64,000 bases of DNA from Firmicutes bacterium UBA4795 (GCA_002402825.1 DHGP01000018.1:9150-73149), one strand, 5' to 3'. Positions 26,317-36,344 are shown, counted from the first letter of the stretch. Notes: generated from the letters alone by a model not told the origin. Numbers and translations are program-made.

Positions 26317-28518
26317 GTGCGCCATCCCCGCCTGCTTGGGCAAAAAAGATTGACCTGGCTTATTGTGCTCGCGAGCCTGGCTTTAATTTGCTTAACCGGC
26401 CGGCTGGTTTGGATTCAGTTTATTAAAAGTGATGTTTTGCAAAAAAAGGCCTTAGAAGTACGCCTGCGGAATGTTCCGGTAGCCGCTGGACGAGGTAATA
26501 TTTATGATCGGAAGGGCCGGGTTTTGGTAACTAACACCAGTACTGATTCCTTATACGTTGTTCCTTTTATGATAAAAGACCCCGAAAAAACGGCCAAAAT
26601 TTTGTCTCTCCTGGTAAATATAAAAGAAGCCGAACTTTTCCAGAGAATAACACGTCCTACCTGTTTTGAATGGATAAAACGCAAGTTAGCGAAACAAACA
26701 GCACAAAAAATAAAAGCTTTAAAGCTGCCTGGCGTATTTTTAATTACGGAAAGCAAACGCTACTATCCTTATCGCGATTTGGCTGCCCATCTTCTTGGCT
26801 TTACCGGAGTAGACAATCAAGGACTAATTGGTCTTGAAAATAGTTTTGACCGCGAGCTTCAGGGAGAACAAGGCAGGATAGTCATCGAGCAAGATGCGGC
26901 CGGCCGGGAACTGCCGGAGCCAATTCATAAATTTTTTCCGCCCCAACAGGGAAAAAATCTGACTTTAAACCTTGATGCCACCATCCAGCAATTTGTAGAG
27001 CGGGAATTAAATTTAATCGTAGAAAAGTACAATCCCCGTTTAGCGGTAATTATAGTTATGAATCCAAAAACAGGTGAGATATTAGCTATGGGCAACCGGC
27101 CCTCCTTTGATCCTAACGACTGGTTAAATACTCCCCGTCAAATCTGGGACCGCAACCCGGCTATATGGTATAATTATGAACCGGGATCAACTTTTAAGGT
27201 GGTAACGGCAAGCGCCGCTTTGGCCGAAAAAACAGTTAAAATGGATGACCCTTTCTATTGTCCAGGTTACATTAAAGTAGCTGACCGTTATATTCACTGC
27301 TGGTTGGATGGAGGCCACGGCAGCCAAAAATTTGCCGAAGTAGTAATGCACTCCTGCAACCCGGGTTTTGTTGAGGTTGGTTTACGCGTGGGCAAGGAGA
27401 GATTTTACCATTACCTTGAAAAATTTGGCTTTGGCGTTCCTACGGGAATTGCATTGCCGGGTGAAGCGGCAGGAATTGTAATTCCAAAAGATAAGGCCAC
27501 TAACTTAAACATAGCCACCATATCACTGGGTCAGTCTATTGCCGTTACCCCTATTCAGATGCTCTCGGCCGTCAGTGTCATAGCCAACGGTGGAGTTTTG
27601 TACCGTCCCCAGTTAGTAAAAAAAATTCAAAACAATTCAGGAAAAAACCTGGTTGAGTTTAAACCAGAGCCGATTTGTCAGGTGATCCCACCGGAAGCAG
27701 CCCAAAAGACAGCGTCCCTGTTGGAGAAAGTAGTTCTTAAAGGCACGGGCAGAAACGCTTTCGTGGCTGGTTACCGGGTTGCCGGTAAAACCGGCACCGC
27801 CCAAGTGGTGGGAGAAGGTGGGGGTTACGTAAGCGGGCGGTACGTAGCTTCGTTTGTTGGCTTTGCTCCGGTAAATGATCCCTGCATGGCTGCTCTGGTA
27901 ATGGTCGCCGAACCACAAGGGGGCCTTTACTACGGCAGCCAGGTTGCCGCGCCTGTTTTTGCCTCGGTAGTACGTGATACCCTTCATTATTTACGGGTGC
28001 CAGAAACACCGGGTTTAGAAAAGCCGGAACAGCCTTTTGTTTACGAAGAAGAAAGAAAGCCCGTAATTGTTCCCAACGTAATTAATTACCCTATAGAGGA
28101 AGGGACGAAAAAACTGCGGGAGGCTAATTTAAACCTTAAAACCCAAGGAGAGGGGAAGGTTATTTACGGTCAAATACCAGAAGCAGGGGCAGAAGTGATA
28201 AGTGGTACGGCGATTATTTTAAACTTAAAAAAACCATCCAAAAAACAAATAAAAGAGCAGGTAACAGTCCCGGATTTAGCAGGATTGAAGCTAACTGAGG
28301 TGGCTGATTTACTCGCCCGCATAGGTTTATTTTTAGAACCATCTGGTATAGGATGGGCATATCACCAGAATATACCGGCAGGTAGCAAAGTGCCCCAAGG
28401 TACGGTAATTTACGTAGAGTTTAGACCAGCTACAAAGAAGGACTTACTTCGAAAGGATAAAAACATACCCTCTTTCTTAAATATTACTACGCAAAAAGAA
28501 TTTATTGAATATCCGTAA
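26317..28518 (+). CDS. Class B penicillin-binding protein with C-terminal PASTA domains (FtsI/PBP2B/SpoVD family)
   Basis: STFK, SCN and KTGT motifs. 733 aa. Confidence 0.9.
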   Translation: MRHPRLLGQKRLTWLIVLASLALICLTGRLVWIQFIKSDVLQKKALEVRLRNVPVAAGRGNIYDRKGRVLVTNTSTDSLYVVPFMIKDPEKTAKILSLLVNIKEAELFQRITRPTCFEWIKRKLAKQTAQKIKALKLPGVFLITESKRYYPYRDLAAHLLGFTGVDNQGLIGLENSFDRELQGEQGRIVIEQDAAGRELPEPIHKFFPPQQGKNLTLNLDATIQQFVERELNLIVEKYNPRLAVIIVMNPKTGEILAMGNRPSFDPNDWLNTPRQIWDRNPAIWYNYEPGSTFKVVTASAALAEKTVKMDDPFYCPGYIKVADRYIHCWLDGGHGSQKFAEVVMHSCNPGFVEVGLRVGKERFYHYLEKFGFGVPTGIALPGEAAGIVIPKDKATNLNIATISLGQSIAVTPIQMLSAVSVIANGGVLYRPQLVKKIQNNSGKNLVEFKPEPICQVIPPEAAQKTASLLEKVVLKGTGRNAFVAGYRVAGKTGTAQVVGEGGGYVSGRYVASFVGFAPVNDPCMAALVMVAEPQGGLYYGSQVAAPVFASVVRDTLHYLRVPETPGLEKPEQPFVYEEERKPVIVPNVINYPIEEGTKKLREANLNLKTQGEGKVIYGQIPEAGAEVISGTAIILNLKKPSKKQIKEQVTVPDLAGLKLTEVADLLARIGLFLEPSGIGWAYHQNIPAGSKVPQGTVIYVEFRPATKKDLLRKDKNIPSFLNITTQKEFIEYP

Positions 28519-28651
28519 TGAAAATACCGGTAATAAAATTGAATAACGGTAAGACAAAAAAACCATAATATGGTTATTAGAAGTAGTAATGGTGATTACT
28601 GCAAATATTCTTGGGTATTAATACTTTTTTTAAGGCGGGAAACATGTTAAA

Positions 28652-30160
28652 ATGTATTTTAAAGAATTACTAAGGAAACAAAAAATAATTTGCGGTAGCG
28701 GTAATTACGAAATCGATATCCGGGGTTTAGCTTACGACTCACGTCAGGTAAAGCCAGGCTTTGTTTTTGTAGCTATTGAAGGTTTTAAAACTGACGGGCA
28801 TAAGTTTATCCCCCAGGCAATAGCTAACGGTGCAGTAGCCTTGGTAGGACAAAAAAAGATATCTTACCCAGCCGGGGTAATCTGGGTTCAGGTACCGGAC
28901 ACTCGCCTTGCTTTAGCTCAGATGGCGGCATGTTTTTATGACTACCCAGCGCAAAAACTAAGGTTAATTGGGGTAACAGGAACCAACGGTAAAACCACCA
29001 CGGCAAATTTAATCGCGGCTATTTACCGGGGCTTGGGCAAACAGGTAGGTCTAATAGGAACAATTGCTCATTATATTGGATCGCGCACTATAACTGGACA
29101 GCATACCACGCCTGAATCACTTGATTTGCAGCAGTTGCTGGCGAAAATGACGACTGAAAAAATAAATACCACGGTGATGGAGGTCAGCTCCCACGCTCTG
29201 GCATTAAAGCGCGTTGAGGAGTGTTTTTTTGATATAGGGATATTTACTAATCTCACCCAGGACCACCTTGATTTTCACCAGCATATGGACGATTACCTGA
29301 CGGCAAAGCAACACTTATTTGAAGTGCTGGGGAAGGGAAATAAAAAGGGTTCGTGCTTTGCTGTCGTTAACCGCGACGACCATTACGCCGAACAAATAAT
29401 TAAAGTAACGCGAGTACCGGTAATCACTTACGGAATAACTAAGCCGGCTCATGTACAGGCAAAAGAAATTCAAGTTTCACCTGCGGGGACATCCTTTGCA
29501 GTTGCCAGTCCCTGGGGAGAAGCTTTGGTAAAACTAAAACTAACCGGCCTCTTTAACGTTTATAATGCTCTGGCTGCTTTGGCCGTAGGGGGAGGAGAGG
29601 GTTTTCCTCTGTCTCAAATAGTTTTAACTTTAGAAAATATTTCTGGGGTGCGCGGCCGCTTTGAACTGGTAAACCAAGGTCAGGACTTTACGGTAGTGAT
29701 CGATTACGCTCACACCCCTGACGGCTTGGAAAACCTTTTAAAAACGGCCCGGCAAATATGCGCCTGCCGTTTAATTACGGTATTTGGCTGCGGCGGCGAC
29801 CGCGACCGGACTAAGAGACCGGTAATGGGCGAAATTGCCGCCCGTTACAGTGACCTGCCCGTAATTACTTCGGACAATCCCCGCACGGAAGATCCGGCGC
29901 AAATTATAGCGGCCATTGAAAAAGGGGTCTTAAAGGTGCTTGAAAAGGGTGACTACCTGGTTATCGTCGATAGAAGCGAGGCCATTCGCCAGGCTTTGGC
30001 GTTAGCCGGAAAAAATGACGTGGTGGTCATAGCCGGAAAAGGACACGAAGACTACCAGATAATTGGAACGCAAAAATACCCCTTTGATGATCGGTTAGAA
30101 GTAATTAAAAACTTAAAGGCTATGGGGTTTAAGCAAAAAGATGAAAATAATGACCATTGA
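28652..30160 (+). CDS. murE: UDP-MurNAc-L-Ala-D-Glu:meso-DAP ligase
   Basis: GVTGTNGKTT P-loop and the DNPR motif (meso-DAP type). Confidence 0.92.
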   Translation: MYFKELLRKQKIICGSGNYEIDIRGLAYDSRQVKPGFVFVAIEGFKTDGHKFIPQAIANGAVALVGQKKISYPAGVIWVQVPDTRLALAQMAACFYDYPAQKLRLIGVTGTNGKTTTANLIAAIYRGLGKQVGLIGTIAHYIGSRTITGQHTTPESLDLQQLLAKMTTEKINTTVMEVSSHALALKRVEECFFDIGIFTNLTQDHLDFHQHMDDYLTAKQHLFEVLGKGNKKGSCFAVVNRDDHYAEQIIKVTRVPVITYGITKPAHVQAKEIQVSPAGTSFAVASPWGEALVKLKLTGLFNVYNALAALAVGGGEGFPLSQIVLTLENISGVRGRFELVNQGQDFTVVIDYAHTPDGLENLLKTARQICACRLITVFGCGGDRDRTKRPVMGEIAARYSDLPVITSDNPRTEDPAQIIAAIEKGVLKVLEKGDYLVIVDRSEAIRQALALAGKNDVVVIAGKGHEDYQIIGTQKYPFDDRLEVIKNLKAMGFKQKDENNDH

Positions 30161-31520
30161 AGAAATAGCCCGGGTTACCGGGGCAATTCTTTTGCAGGGG
30201 GGTCCCCGGCTAGAAATAGAAAACGTATCTATTGATACCCGGCATTTAAAAAAGGAAAGTTTATTTTTTGCTTTAAAAGGAGAATGTTACGACGCCCATG
30301 ATTTTTTAGGGCAAGCTGCAGCTGCCGGTGCGGCCGGCGCAGTCGTGGCTCATTGTCCAGGCTTTAATTTATCCTCCGACCTGGCCTTATTAAAGGTGCC
30401 CGACCCAAAAGAAGCCCTGCAAAAACTGGCCCGGCATAACCGCCAAAGATGCCCGGCGCTTATTATTGGAATTACCGGCAGTACGGGAAAAACTACCACC
30501 AAGGATATTTTAGCCACTCTTCTGGCTGAAAAATTAGTTACCTTGAAAACCAGCGGCAATTTAAATAATGAAATTGGGTTACCTTTAACTTTATTAGAGT
30601 TAAATAACTCTCACCAGGTAGGCGTGGTAGAAATGGCCATGCGGGGACCGGGCGAAATTGATTTTCTCTGCCGCCTGGCATGCCCTGATGGGGCCGTTAT
30701 TACCAATATCGGCATGGCTCACTTGGAACGCTTGGGTTCTCAAGACAACCTCGCCCGAGCAAAAGGGGAAATATTAGACCATATCTCTCAAAATGGTTTT
30801 GCTGTTCTTAACGGCGAAAGCCCACATATTTACCGTGAAGCGCGCCGGACCCAGGGAAAGGTTTTATTTTTTGGTCTCCAGGGAGCAACGGATATTTTAG
30901 CCTTTAACCTTAAAACCGCTAAAAAGGGTACCCGGTTTACCGTGCGCTTAAATGACGTTGAGGTGAGCGAGACAGAAGTATATCTACCCTTACCAGGAAG
31001 GCATAATGTCCTGAATGCTTTGGCGGCCATAGGGGTAGCTAAAATTTTAGGCTTTTCCTTAGCTAAAATTAAGGCTGGTTTAGCCAAAGTAACCTTAAGT
31101 AAAATGAGGTTAGAAATTAGCGACCGAGACGGCCTTACCATTATTAACGATACTTATAACGCCAACCCGGATTCCGTACTGGCGGCCCTGGAAGTTTTAA
31201 ATGAAGTTGCCGGACAAAACCCCAAGGTAGCCGTTTTAGGCGACATGCTGGAACTTGGTTCCTACGCCTTCGAAGGTCACCTGAAAACAGGCAAGGCGGT
31301 AGCCGCCTTAAATATCCAGTACCTGGTGACTGTTGGGGAACTGGCCTTGCAAATAGCCGCTGGGGCAAGCGTGGCCGGGATGCCGGAAAAGCACATTTTT
31401 ACCTGCCGCGATAATGATGAGGCAGTAAGCTGCCTGCAAAAAATTTTAGTCCCGGGTAGCGTGGTGTTAATTAAAGGCTCGCGTTTACTAAAAATGGAGG
31501 ATATTGTTAATAAAATTTAA
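30141..31520 (+). CDS. murF: UDP-MurNAc-tripeptide:D-Ala-D-Ala ligase
   Basis: GITGSTGKTTTKD. Overlaps the murE stop. Confidence 0.9.
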   Translation: MKIMTIEEIARVTGAILLQGGPRLEIENVSIDTRHLKKESLFFALKGECYDAHDFLGQAAAAGAAGAVVAHCPGFNLSSDLALLKVPDPKEALQKLARHNRQRCPALIIGITGSTGKTTTKDILATLLAEKLVTLKTSGNLNNEIGLPLTLLELNNSHQVGVVEMAMRGPGEIDFLCRLACPDGAVITNIGMAHLERLGSQDNLARAKGEILDHISQNGFAVLNGESPHIYREARRTQGKVLFFGLQGATDILAFNLKTAKKGTRFTVRLNDVEVSETEVYLPLPGRHNVLNALAAIGVAKILGFSLAKIKAGLAKVTLSKMRLEISDRDGLTIINDTYNANPDSVLAALEVLNEVAGQNPKVAVLGDMLELGSYAFEGHLKTGKAVAALNIQYLVTVGELALQIAAGASVAGMPEKHIFTCRDNDEAVSCLQKILVPGSVVLIKGSRLLKMEDIVNKI

Positions 31521-32513
31521 ATGATTAGGTGTACTTTACTTGAAGCCGGTATAGTATCATTTGTGATTACTATACTGCTTGACCCAATAGCTATCCCTTT
31601 TTTGCACCACTTAAAATTTGGCCAAAGGGTACGCTCAGACGGTCCGGCGCGTCATTTAACCAAGACAGGTACCCCAACTATGGGAGGTCTGATTTTCTTA
31701 GTTGGGATAACCTTAAGCATTTTATGGTTTGTTCCTTTTAATCCTGAGGCAATTTTAGTGTTGGGCCTTACCTTAGGTTTTGGTTTTATTGGTTTTCTTG
31801 ACGATTTAATTAAGGTACACTGGAAAAGACCGGTAGGTTTAAGGGCCAGGGAAAAACTGGCGGGCCAAATATTGCTGAGCCTTTTATTAGGGGCCCTGTT
31901 GGTTTTAACGTTAAGCCACAAGACAGAAGTAATCGTTCCTTTTAGCGGTTTTCTATCGCCTGGAGGAATGACGCTAGATTTAAATTTGGGGGTTTTTCTT
32001 GCCCTTACTGTTCTGGTGATTGTAGGAACGGCTAATGCGGTAAACCTTACCGATGGGGTAGACGGCCTAGCCGCAGGGGTAACCTTTATTGCCGCCTTTG
32101 CTTTCTTGTATCTTGCTCTACTAAAAGGGAAAGTTGGAGTTGCCCACACCATGGCTGCCTTTATGGGGGGATGCGCTGGTTTTTTATTTTTCAACCGTCA
32201 CCCGGCTAAAATATTTATGGGCGACACAGGCTCGCTGGCTTTAGGCGGAGGGTTAGCTGCCACAGCGGTTATTACTCAAAGCGAACTTTTTTTAATTTTT
32301 TTTGGCGGTGTTTTTGTTTTGGAAACTTTATCCGTAATTATACAGGTGATTTCTTTTCAGTTTTTTAAGCGTCGCATTTTCAGAATGAGCCCTTTGCACC
32401 ATCACTTTGAGTTGGGCAACTGGAGTGAAAATAAGATTGTGTTGGTTTTTTGCAGTCTGACGATAATCTTTTCCTTATTGGGGCTGGTAGGCGGCTATAA
32501 TATATGGTGGTAA
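31521..32513 (+). CDS. mraY: Phospho-MurNAc-pentapeptide translocase
   Basis: 10-TM protein with NAVNLTDGVDGLA and MGDTGSLALGG motifs. Confidence 0.93.
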   Translation: MIRCTLLEAGIVSFVITILLDPIAIPFLHHLKFGQRVRSDGPARHLTKTGTPTMGGLIFLVGITLSILWFVPFNPEAILVLGLTLGFGFIGFLDDLIKVHWKRPVGLRAREKLAGQILLSLLLGALLVLTLSHKTEVIVPFSGFLSPGGMTLDLNLGVFLALTVLVIVGTANAVNLTDGVDGLAAGVTFIAAFAFLYLALLKGKVGVAHTMAAFMGGCAGFLFFNRHPAKIFMGDTGSLALGGGLAATAVITQSELFLIFFGGVFVLETLSVIIQVISFQFFKRRIFRMSPLHHHFELGNWSENKIVLVFCSLTIIFSLLGLVGGYNIWW

Positions 32514-32690
32514 GTCGTCAGATGTCGGACGTCGGAAGACATCTAATGTACATTTTCGCAATTGATTTCTAACGTCTGACGACTGGCGACCGAATTTACG
32601 GACGGCAGTCATCAGGGTTATATGGTAGAAATTCGCTTTAGCAAACTCTATCTATTCTGACGTCTGACGTCTAACGACTGACGACCGAAT
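32514..32690. repeat. Heptamer-array elements, family C (GACGTCA-type), three copies in the mraY-murD spacer
   Basis: C1 is 32514-32543 (GTCGTCA GATGTCG GACGTCG GAAGACA). C2 (32568-32595) and C3 (32656-32690) are in inverted orientation (TCTGACGTCTGACGTCTAACGACTGACGACCGAAT). Confidence 0.85.
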
Positions 32691-32706
32691 GGGGAGGTAA
32701 TTTAAA

Positions 32707-34089
32707 ATAGGTAAAGTATTAGTAATCGGAGCAGGTAAAACAGGTTTGGCGGTAGCCTGGTTTTTAAACCGCAAAGGCATTGAGGTAGTGCTTACAGATA
32801 AACAAAACATTGCCCCAGATAAACTGGCTGCTTTAGAGGTCGTCGGTCGCCAGACGTCAGACGTCAGGGGGGACGCTGGCGTAAAGGTACATTTTCCTGA
32901 CTACCCCATAATCAAACCTGGCGATTATTCCCTGGTAGTGGTAAGCCCGGGAGTGCCGCTGGATATACCTCCGGTAGTTCAGGCTAAAAATTTAAATATT
33001 CCGGTTATAAGCGAACTGGAACTGACTTACTGGTACGCTTTAGCTCCTATTGTGGCTATTACCGGTACTAACGGTAAAACAACCACCACTAGTTTAGTGG
33101 GGGAAATTTGTAAAGACGCCGGTTTAAATACCCTGGTGGCCGGTAATATTGGCCTGCCACTAATAGCAAAAATAGAAAACTATACCACCCATGATCTCGT
33201 TGTGGCGGAAGTAAGCAGCTTTCAACTCGAAACAACTGTTTTTTTCCGGCCCCATGTGGCCGTCATCTTAAATATTTCGTCTGATCACCTGGACCGGCAT
33301 AAAACTTTAGCTAATTATACCGCTGCCAAAACAAAAATCTTTGAAAATCAAAAGGCAGGCGATTATACCATTTTGAATTATGATGATCCTTATACCCGAA
33401 GTCTGGCGAGTTATTCACCAGGAACAGTTATATTTTTTAGCCGTCGGCGTATTTTAGAAAAAGGGGTTTTTACGCAAAATGATTGGATTATCAGTAATCT
33501 TACCGGGAAAATAGAGCCCGTTTTACCGGTAAAAGAAATTCAACTGCCCGGTGCACATAACCTGGAAAACGTCCTGGCCGCTGCGGCCAGCGCCTTGGTT
33601 TTAGAAATTGAACCTCTGAAAGTAGCTAAAACTTTACGCCTCTTTAAAGGGGTAGCTCACCGTCTGGAATTTGTGGCTGAAATTAACGGGGTGCGTTATA
33701 TAAACGATTCTAAAGGAACCAACCCGGAAGCCAGCATTAAAGCCTTGGAAGCATTTGCTGCCCCCATTATTTTACTAGCCGGCGGCAAAAACAAAGGGAA
33801 TGATTTTACTGCTTTAGCGCAAAAGATTAAAGAAAAGGTCCGGGTATTGATTACCCTGGGGGAATGTGCCGGTGAACTAGAGAAAGAAACTAAACTGGCC
33901 GGGGTAGTTAAGGTAATACGGGCGCATGATCTAAGGCAGGCAGTTTTTTCAGCCTACCAGCTGGCCCAACCAGGGGAAGTAGTTTTATTATCTCCTGCTT
34001 GCGCCAGTTGGGATATGTTTCAAGATTACGTGGAAAGAGGCAACCTATTTCGAAAAACTGTTCTGGAATTTTCCGCCAAGCAATTATAA
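32707..34089 (+). CDS. murD: UDP-MurNAc-L-Ala:D-Glu ligase; probable non-canonical ATA start
   Basis: GTNGKTTT P-loop. The N-terminal Rossmann loop VIGAGKTG lies upstream of the first canonical start (TTG 32746). An in-frame stop is at 32698-32700, and SD GGGGAGG lies 9 nt before ATA 32707. Confidence 0.85.
   Translation: MGKVLVIGAGKTGLAVAWFLNRKGIEVVLTDKQNIAPDKLAALEVVGRQTSDVRGDAGVKVHFPDYPIIKPGDYSLVVVSPGVPLDIPPVVQAKNLNIPVISELELTYWYALAPIVAITGTNGKTTTTSLVGEICKDAGLNTLVAGNIGLPLIAKIENYTTHDLVVAEVSSFQLETTVFFRPHVAVILNISSDHLDRHKTLANYTAAKTKIFENQKAGDYTILNYDDPYTRSLASYSPGTVIFFSRRRILEKGVFTQNDWIISNLTGKIEPVLPVKEIQLPGAHNLENVLAAAASALVLEIEPLKVAKTLRLFKGVAHRLEFVAEINGVRYINDSKGTNPEASIKALEAFAAPIILLAGGKNKGNDFTALAQKIKEKVRVLITLGECAGELEKETKLAGVVKVIRAHDLRQAVFSAYQLAQPGEVVLLSPACASWDMFQDYVERGNLFRKTVLEFSAKQL
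32838..32867. repeat. Family C heptamer element copy C4 inside murD, in frame
   Basis: GGTCGTC GGTCGCC AGACGTC AGACGTC AG is the reverse complement of C3 at 27/30 positions. It encodes VVGRQTSDVR. Confidence 0.85.
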
Positions 34090-34110
34090 TTTTTTGGAGT
34101 CAAGGGTGAG

Positions 34111-35220
34111 ATGAGACATATAAAACAACCATCAGATTTTATTCTTTTTCTTACCGTGCTTATACTTTTAAGTATAGGAATTGTGATGGTATTTAGCGCC
34201 AGTTGTTATTATGCTATGTTTCCTCCTTTTAATAATCCTTACTATTTTTTTACCCGCCAGCTAATTTATGCTGGCCTGGGCTTGATTGTCTTGTTTTTTT
34301 TCTGGCACTATGATTACCAGCACCTTAAAAAATGGTCTAGTTTTTTATTGATTTTAGCCTTTATTCTTTTGACGGCCGTCTTAATTCCCGGCCTTGGGGT
34401 GGAAAAACTGGGTGCCCAGCGTTGGTTAAAAATAGGGTCTTTAAGTTTTCAACCTTCTGAATTGGCCAAACTTTGTTTGGTAATTTTTATGGCTTACGGC
34501 TTATCCCGTTACCCGGAAAAGGTGTTTAATTTTTGGCGGGGAGTTTTTCCTTACTTGTTAATTTTAGGCCTTGCCGCTGGCTTAATTATGAAGCAGCCTG
34601 ATTTAGGCACCACCGTGACCCTGGCTGGAACAGTCTTTATTATGCTCTTTGTGGCGGGAGCAAGGATTAAACACCTGGCGGCCCTGGTCACCTTGGGAAT
34701 AGGGGCAGTTGCGCTGGCAATATGGCAGGAACCTTACCGGTTGAAACGTTTTCTTGCTTTTTTGAATCCCGAAAAAGACCCAACCGGCAGCGGTTGGCAT
34801 ATTTTAAATTCCTTGTTATCTTTAGGCTCAGGGGGACTTTTAGGTACCGGCTTAGGTCAGGGACGACATTCCAAGTTCCTTTATCTGCCCATCAGGGAAG
34901 CAGATTTTATTTTTGCGGTAATTGGCGAGGAATTAGGCTTTATTGGCGCTTGTTTAGTTATTATCTTATTTCTTATTTTTATTTGGCGCGGTTTCAGAAT
35001 TGCTATTATTTCTCCCGACCCCTTTGGTAGCTTGCTGACCACAGGTATTGTTGGTGGTATTGCCATCCAGGCAATTATAAACATTGGGGTAGTAACCAGC
35101 ACCCTGCCTATTACGGGCATTACCCTTCCCTTTATCAGTTTTGGCGGCACCTCGCTGGTTTTTACGTTGGCCGGGGTAGGAATTTTGCTTAATATTTCCC
35201 GGCATACAAGGAGAGTTTAA
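34111..35220 (+). CDS. ftsW: SEDS-family peptidoglycan polymerase (FtsW/SpoVE)
   Basis: 10-TM SEDS protein located between murD and murG. Confidence 0.9.
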   Translation: MRHIKQPSDFILFLTVLILLSIGIVMVFSASCYYAMFPPFNNPYYFFTRQLIYAGLGLIVLFFFWHYDYQHLKKWSSFLLILAFILLTAVLIPGLGVEKLGAQRWLKIGSLSFQPSELAKLCLVIFMAYGLSRYPEKVFNFWRGVFPYLLILGLAAGLIMKQPDLGTTVTLAGTVFIMLFVAGARIKHLAALVTLGIGAVALAIWQEPYRLKRFLAFLNPEKDPTGSGWHILNSLLSLGSGGLLGTGLGQGRHSKFLYLPIREADFIFAVIGEELGFIGACLVIILFLIFIWRGFRIAIISPDPFGSLLTTGIVGGIAIQAIINIGVVTSTLPITGITLPFISFGGTSLVFTLAGVGILLNISRHTRRV

Positions 35221-35225
35221 GTAAA

Positions 35226-36344
35226 TTGAAAACACGATTTATTGTCAGCGGCGCCGGCACAGGGGGTCATATTTACCCTGCCCTGGCCATAGCTAAAGGC
35301 TTAAAAGAAAAATATCCGGGTTCAGAGATTCTCTTTGTGGGGGGTAGTTACGGCCTGGAAGGCAAGCTGGTTCCTCAAGCCGGTTTTCAATTAAAAATTA
35401 TTTCCGCCGCAGGTTTTAAACGTAAATTTACGCTGCAGAATTTAACTATCCTGGGAAAAGCAATTATATCACTTAGTAAGGCCTGGCAAATTATTCGCCA
35501 CTTTCGACCCCAGGTGGTAGTGGGTACGGGGGGCTATGTATGTGGTCCGGTAGTTTTAGCCGCAGTGTTATGTGGTATTCCCACCCTTATCCACGAACAA
35601 AATGCCTATCCCGGCTTAACCAGCCGCATATTAGCTTATTTTGCCCGGGGAATTGCCGTAACTTTTGCGGATTCAAAAAAATATTTTCCCCGTACCAAAT
35701 GGCTTGAGGTAACCGGTTTACCCGTCCGCTCAGAATTGGTAAATATGCAAATCCAACCGGAAGAGGCGCGCCAGCGGTTAGGCCTGCCCGTAAAAAAACG
35801 GTTGATTTTATCCTTTGGAGGAAGTCAGGGGGCCCAAAGTATTAACCGGGCCATGTTGCAATTGTTAAAGATTTTTCAAGCCAATAAAGAAGAGTATTTT
35901 TTACACGTTACGGGTCCCGATCAATACAAAGATTTTATAAATCAAGCCCGACGTTTAGGATTAAAAATGACGAATAATGGTAATATTACCATTGTACCTT
36001 ATCTTAATGAAATGCCCCTGGCCATGAAGGCAGCGGATTTAGCTGTTTGCCGGGCTGGTGCGTCAACCCTGGCTGAATTAACAGCGGCAGGTTTACCGGC
36101 TATTTTAATCCCCTATCCTTACGCCACAGGTAACCACCAGGAGTACAACGCCCGTTCAATAGTTAATCAGGGAGCCGCATTTTTAGTCCGGGAACAAGAA
36201 TTAAGCGGAGCAAAGCTGGCTGAAATAATAAGGATGCTTTTTAATTCCCCAGATATTCTTAGCTCCATGGCCTGGAGCAGTAAAAAAATTGGTCGGCCTC
36301 AAGCCTTGGCTGATATTCTAGAAATGATTGCGACCTTTATTTAA
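35226..36344 (+). CDS. murG: UDP-GlcNAc:lipid I GlcNAc transferase
   Basis: SGAGTGGHIYPALA N-terminal motif. TTG start. Confidence 0.92.
   Translation: MKTRFIVSGAGTGGHIYPALAIAKGLKEKYPGSEILFVGGSYGLEGKLVPQAGFQLKIISAAGFKRKFTLQNLTILGKAIISLSKAWQIIRHFRPQVVVGTGGYVCGPVVLAAVLCGIPTLIHEQNAYPGLTSRILAYFARGIAVTFADSKKYFPRTKWLEVTGLPVRSELVNMQIQPEEARQRLGLPVKKRLILSFGGSQGAQSINRAMLQLLKIFQANKEEYFLHVTGPDQYKDFINQARRLGLKMTNNGNITIVPYLNEMPLAMKAADLAVCRAGASTLAELTAAGLPAILIPYPYATGNHQEYNARSIVNQGAAFLVREQELSGAKLAEIIRMLFNSPDILSSMAWSSKKIGRPQALADILEMIATFI

Noticed and set aside
31652-32194. A 180-aa minus-strand ORF inside mraY. Similar long antisense ORFs occur at 43570-44142 in ftsZ, 46958-47669 in the EF-G gene, 49315-49873 in argJ, 27637-28009 in the pbp gene and 30830-31368 in murF.
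   Set aside because: Each lies fully antisense to a gene with strong family motifs. The translations are low-complexity (R/K/P/S-rich) with no recognisable domain, which is typical of shadow ORFs.
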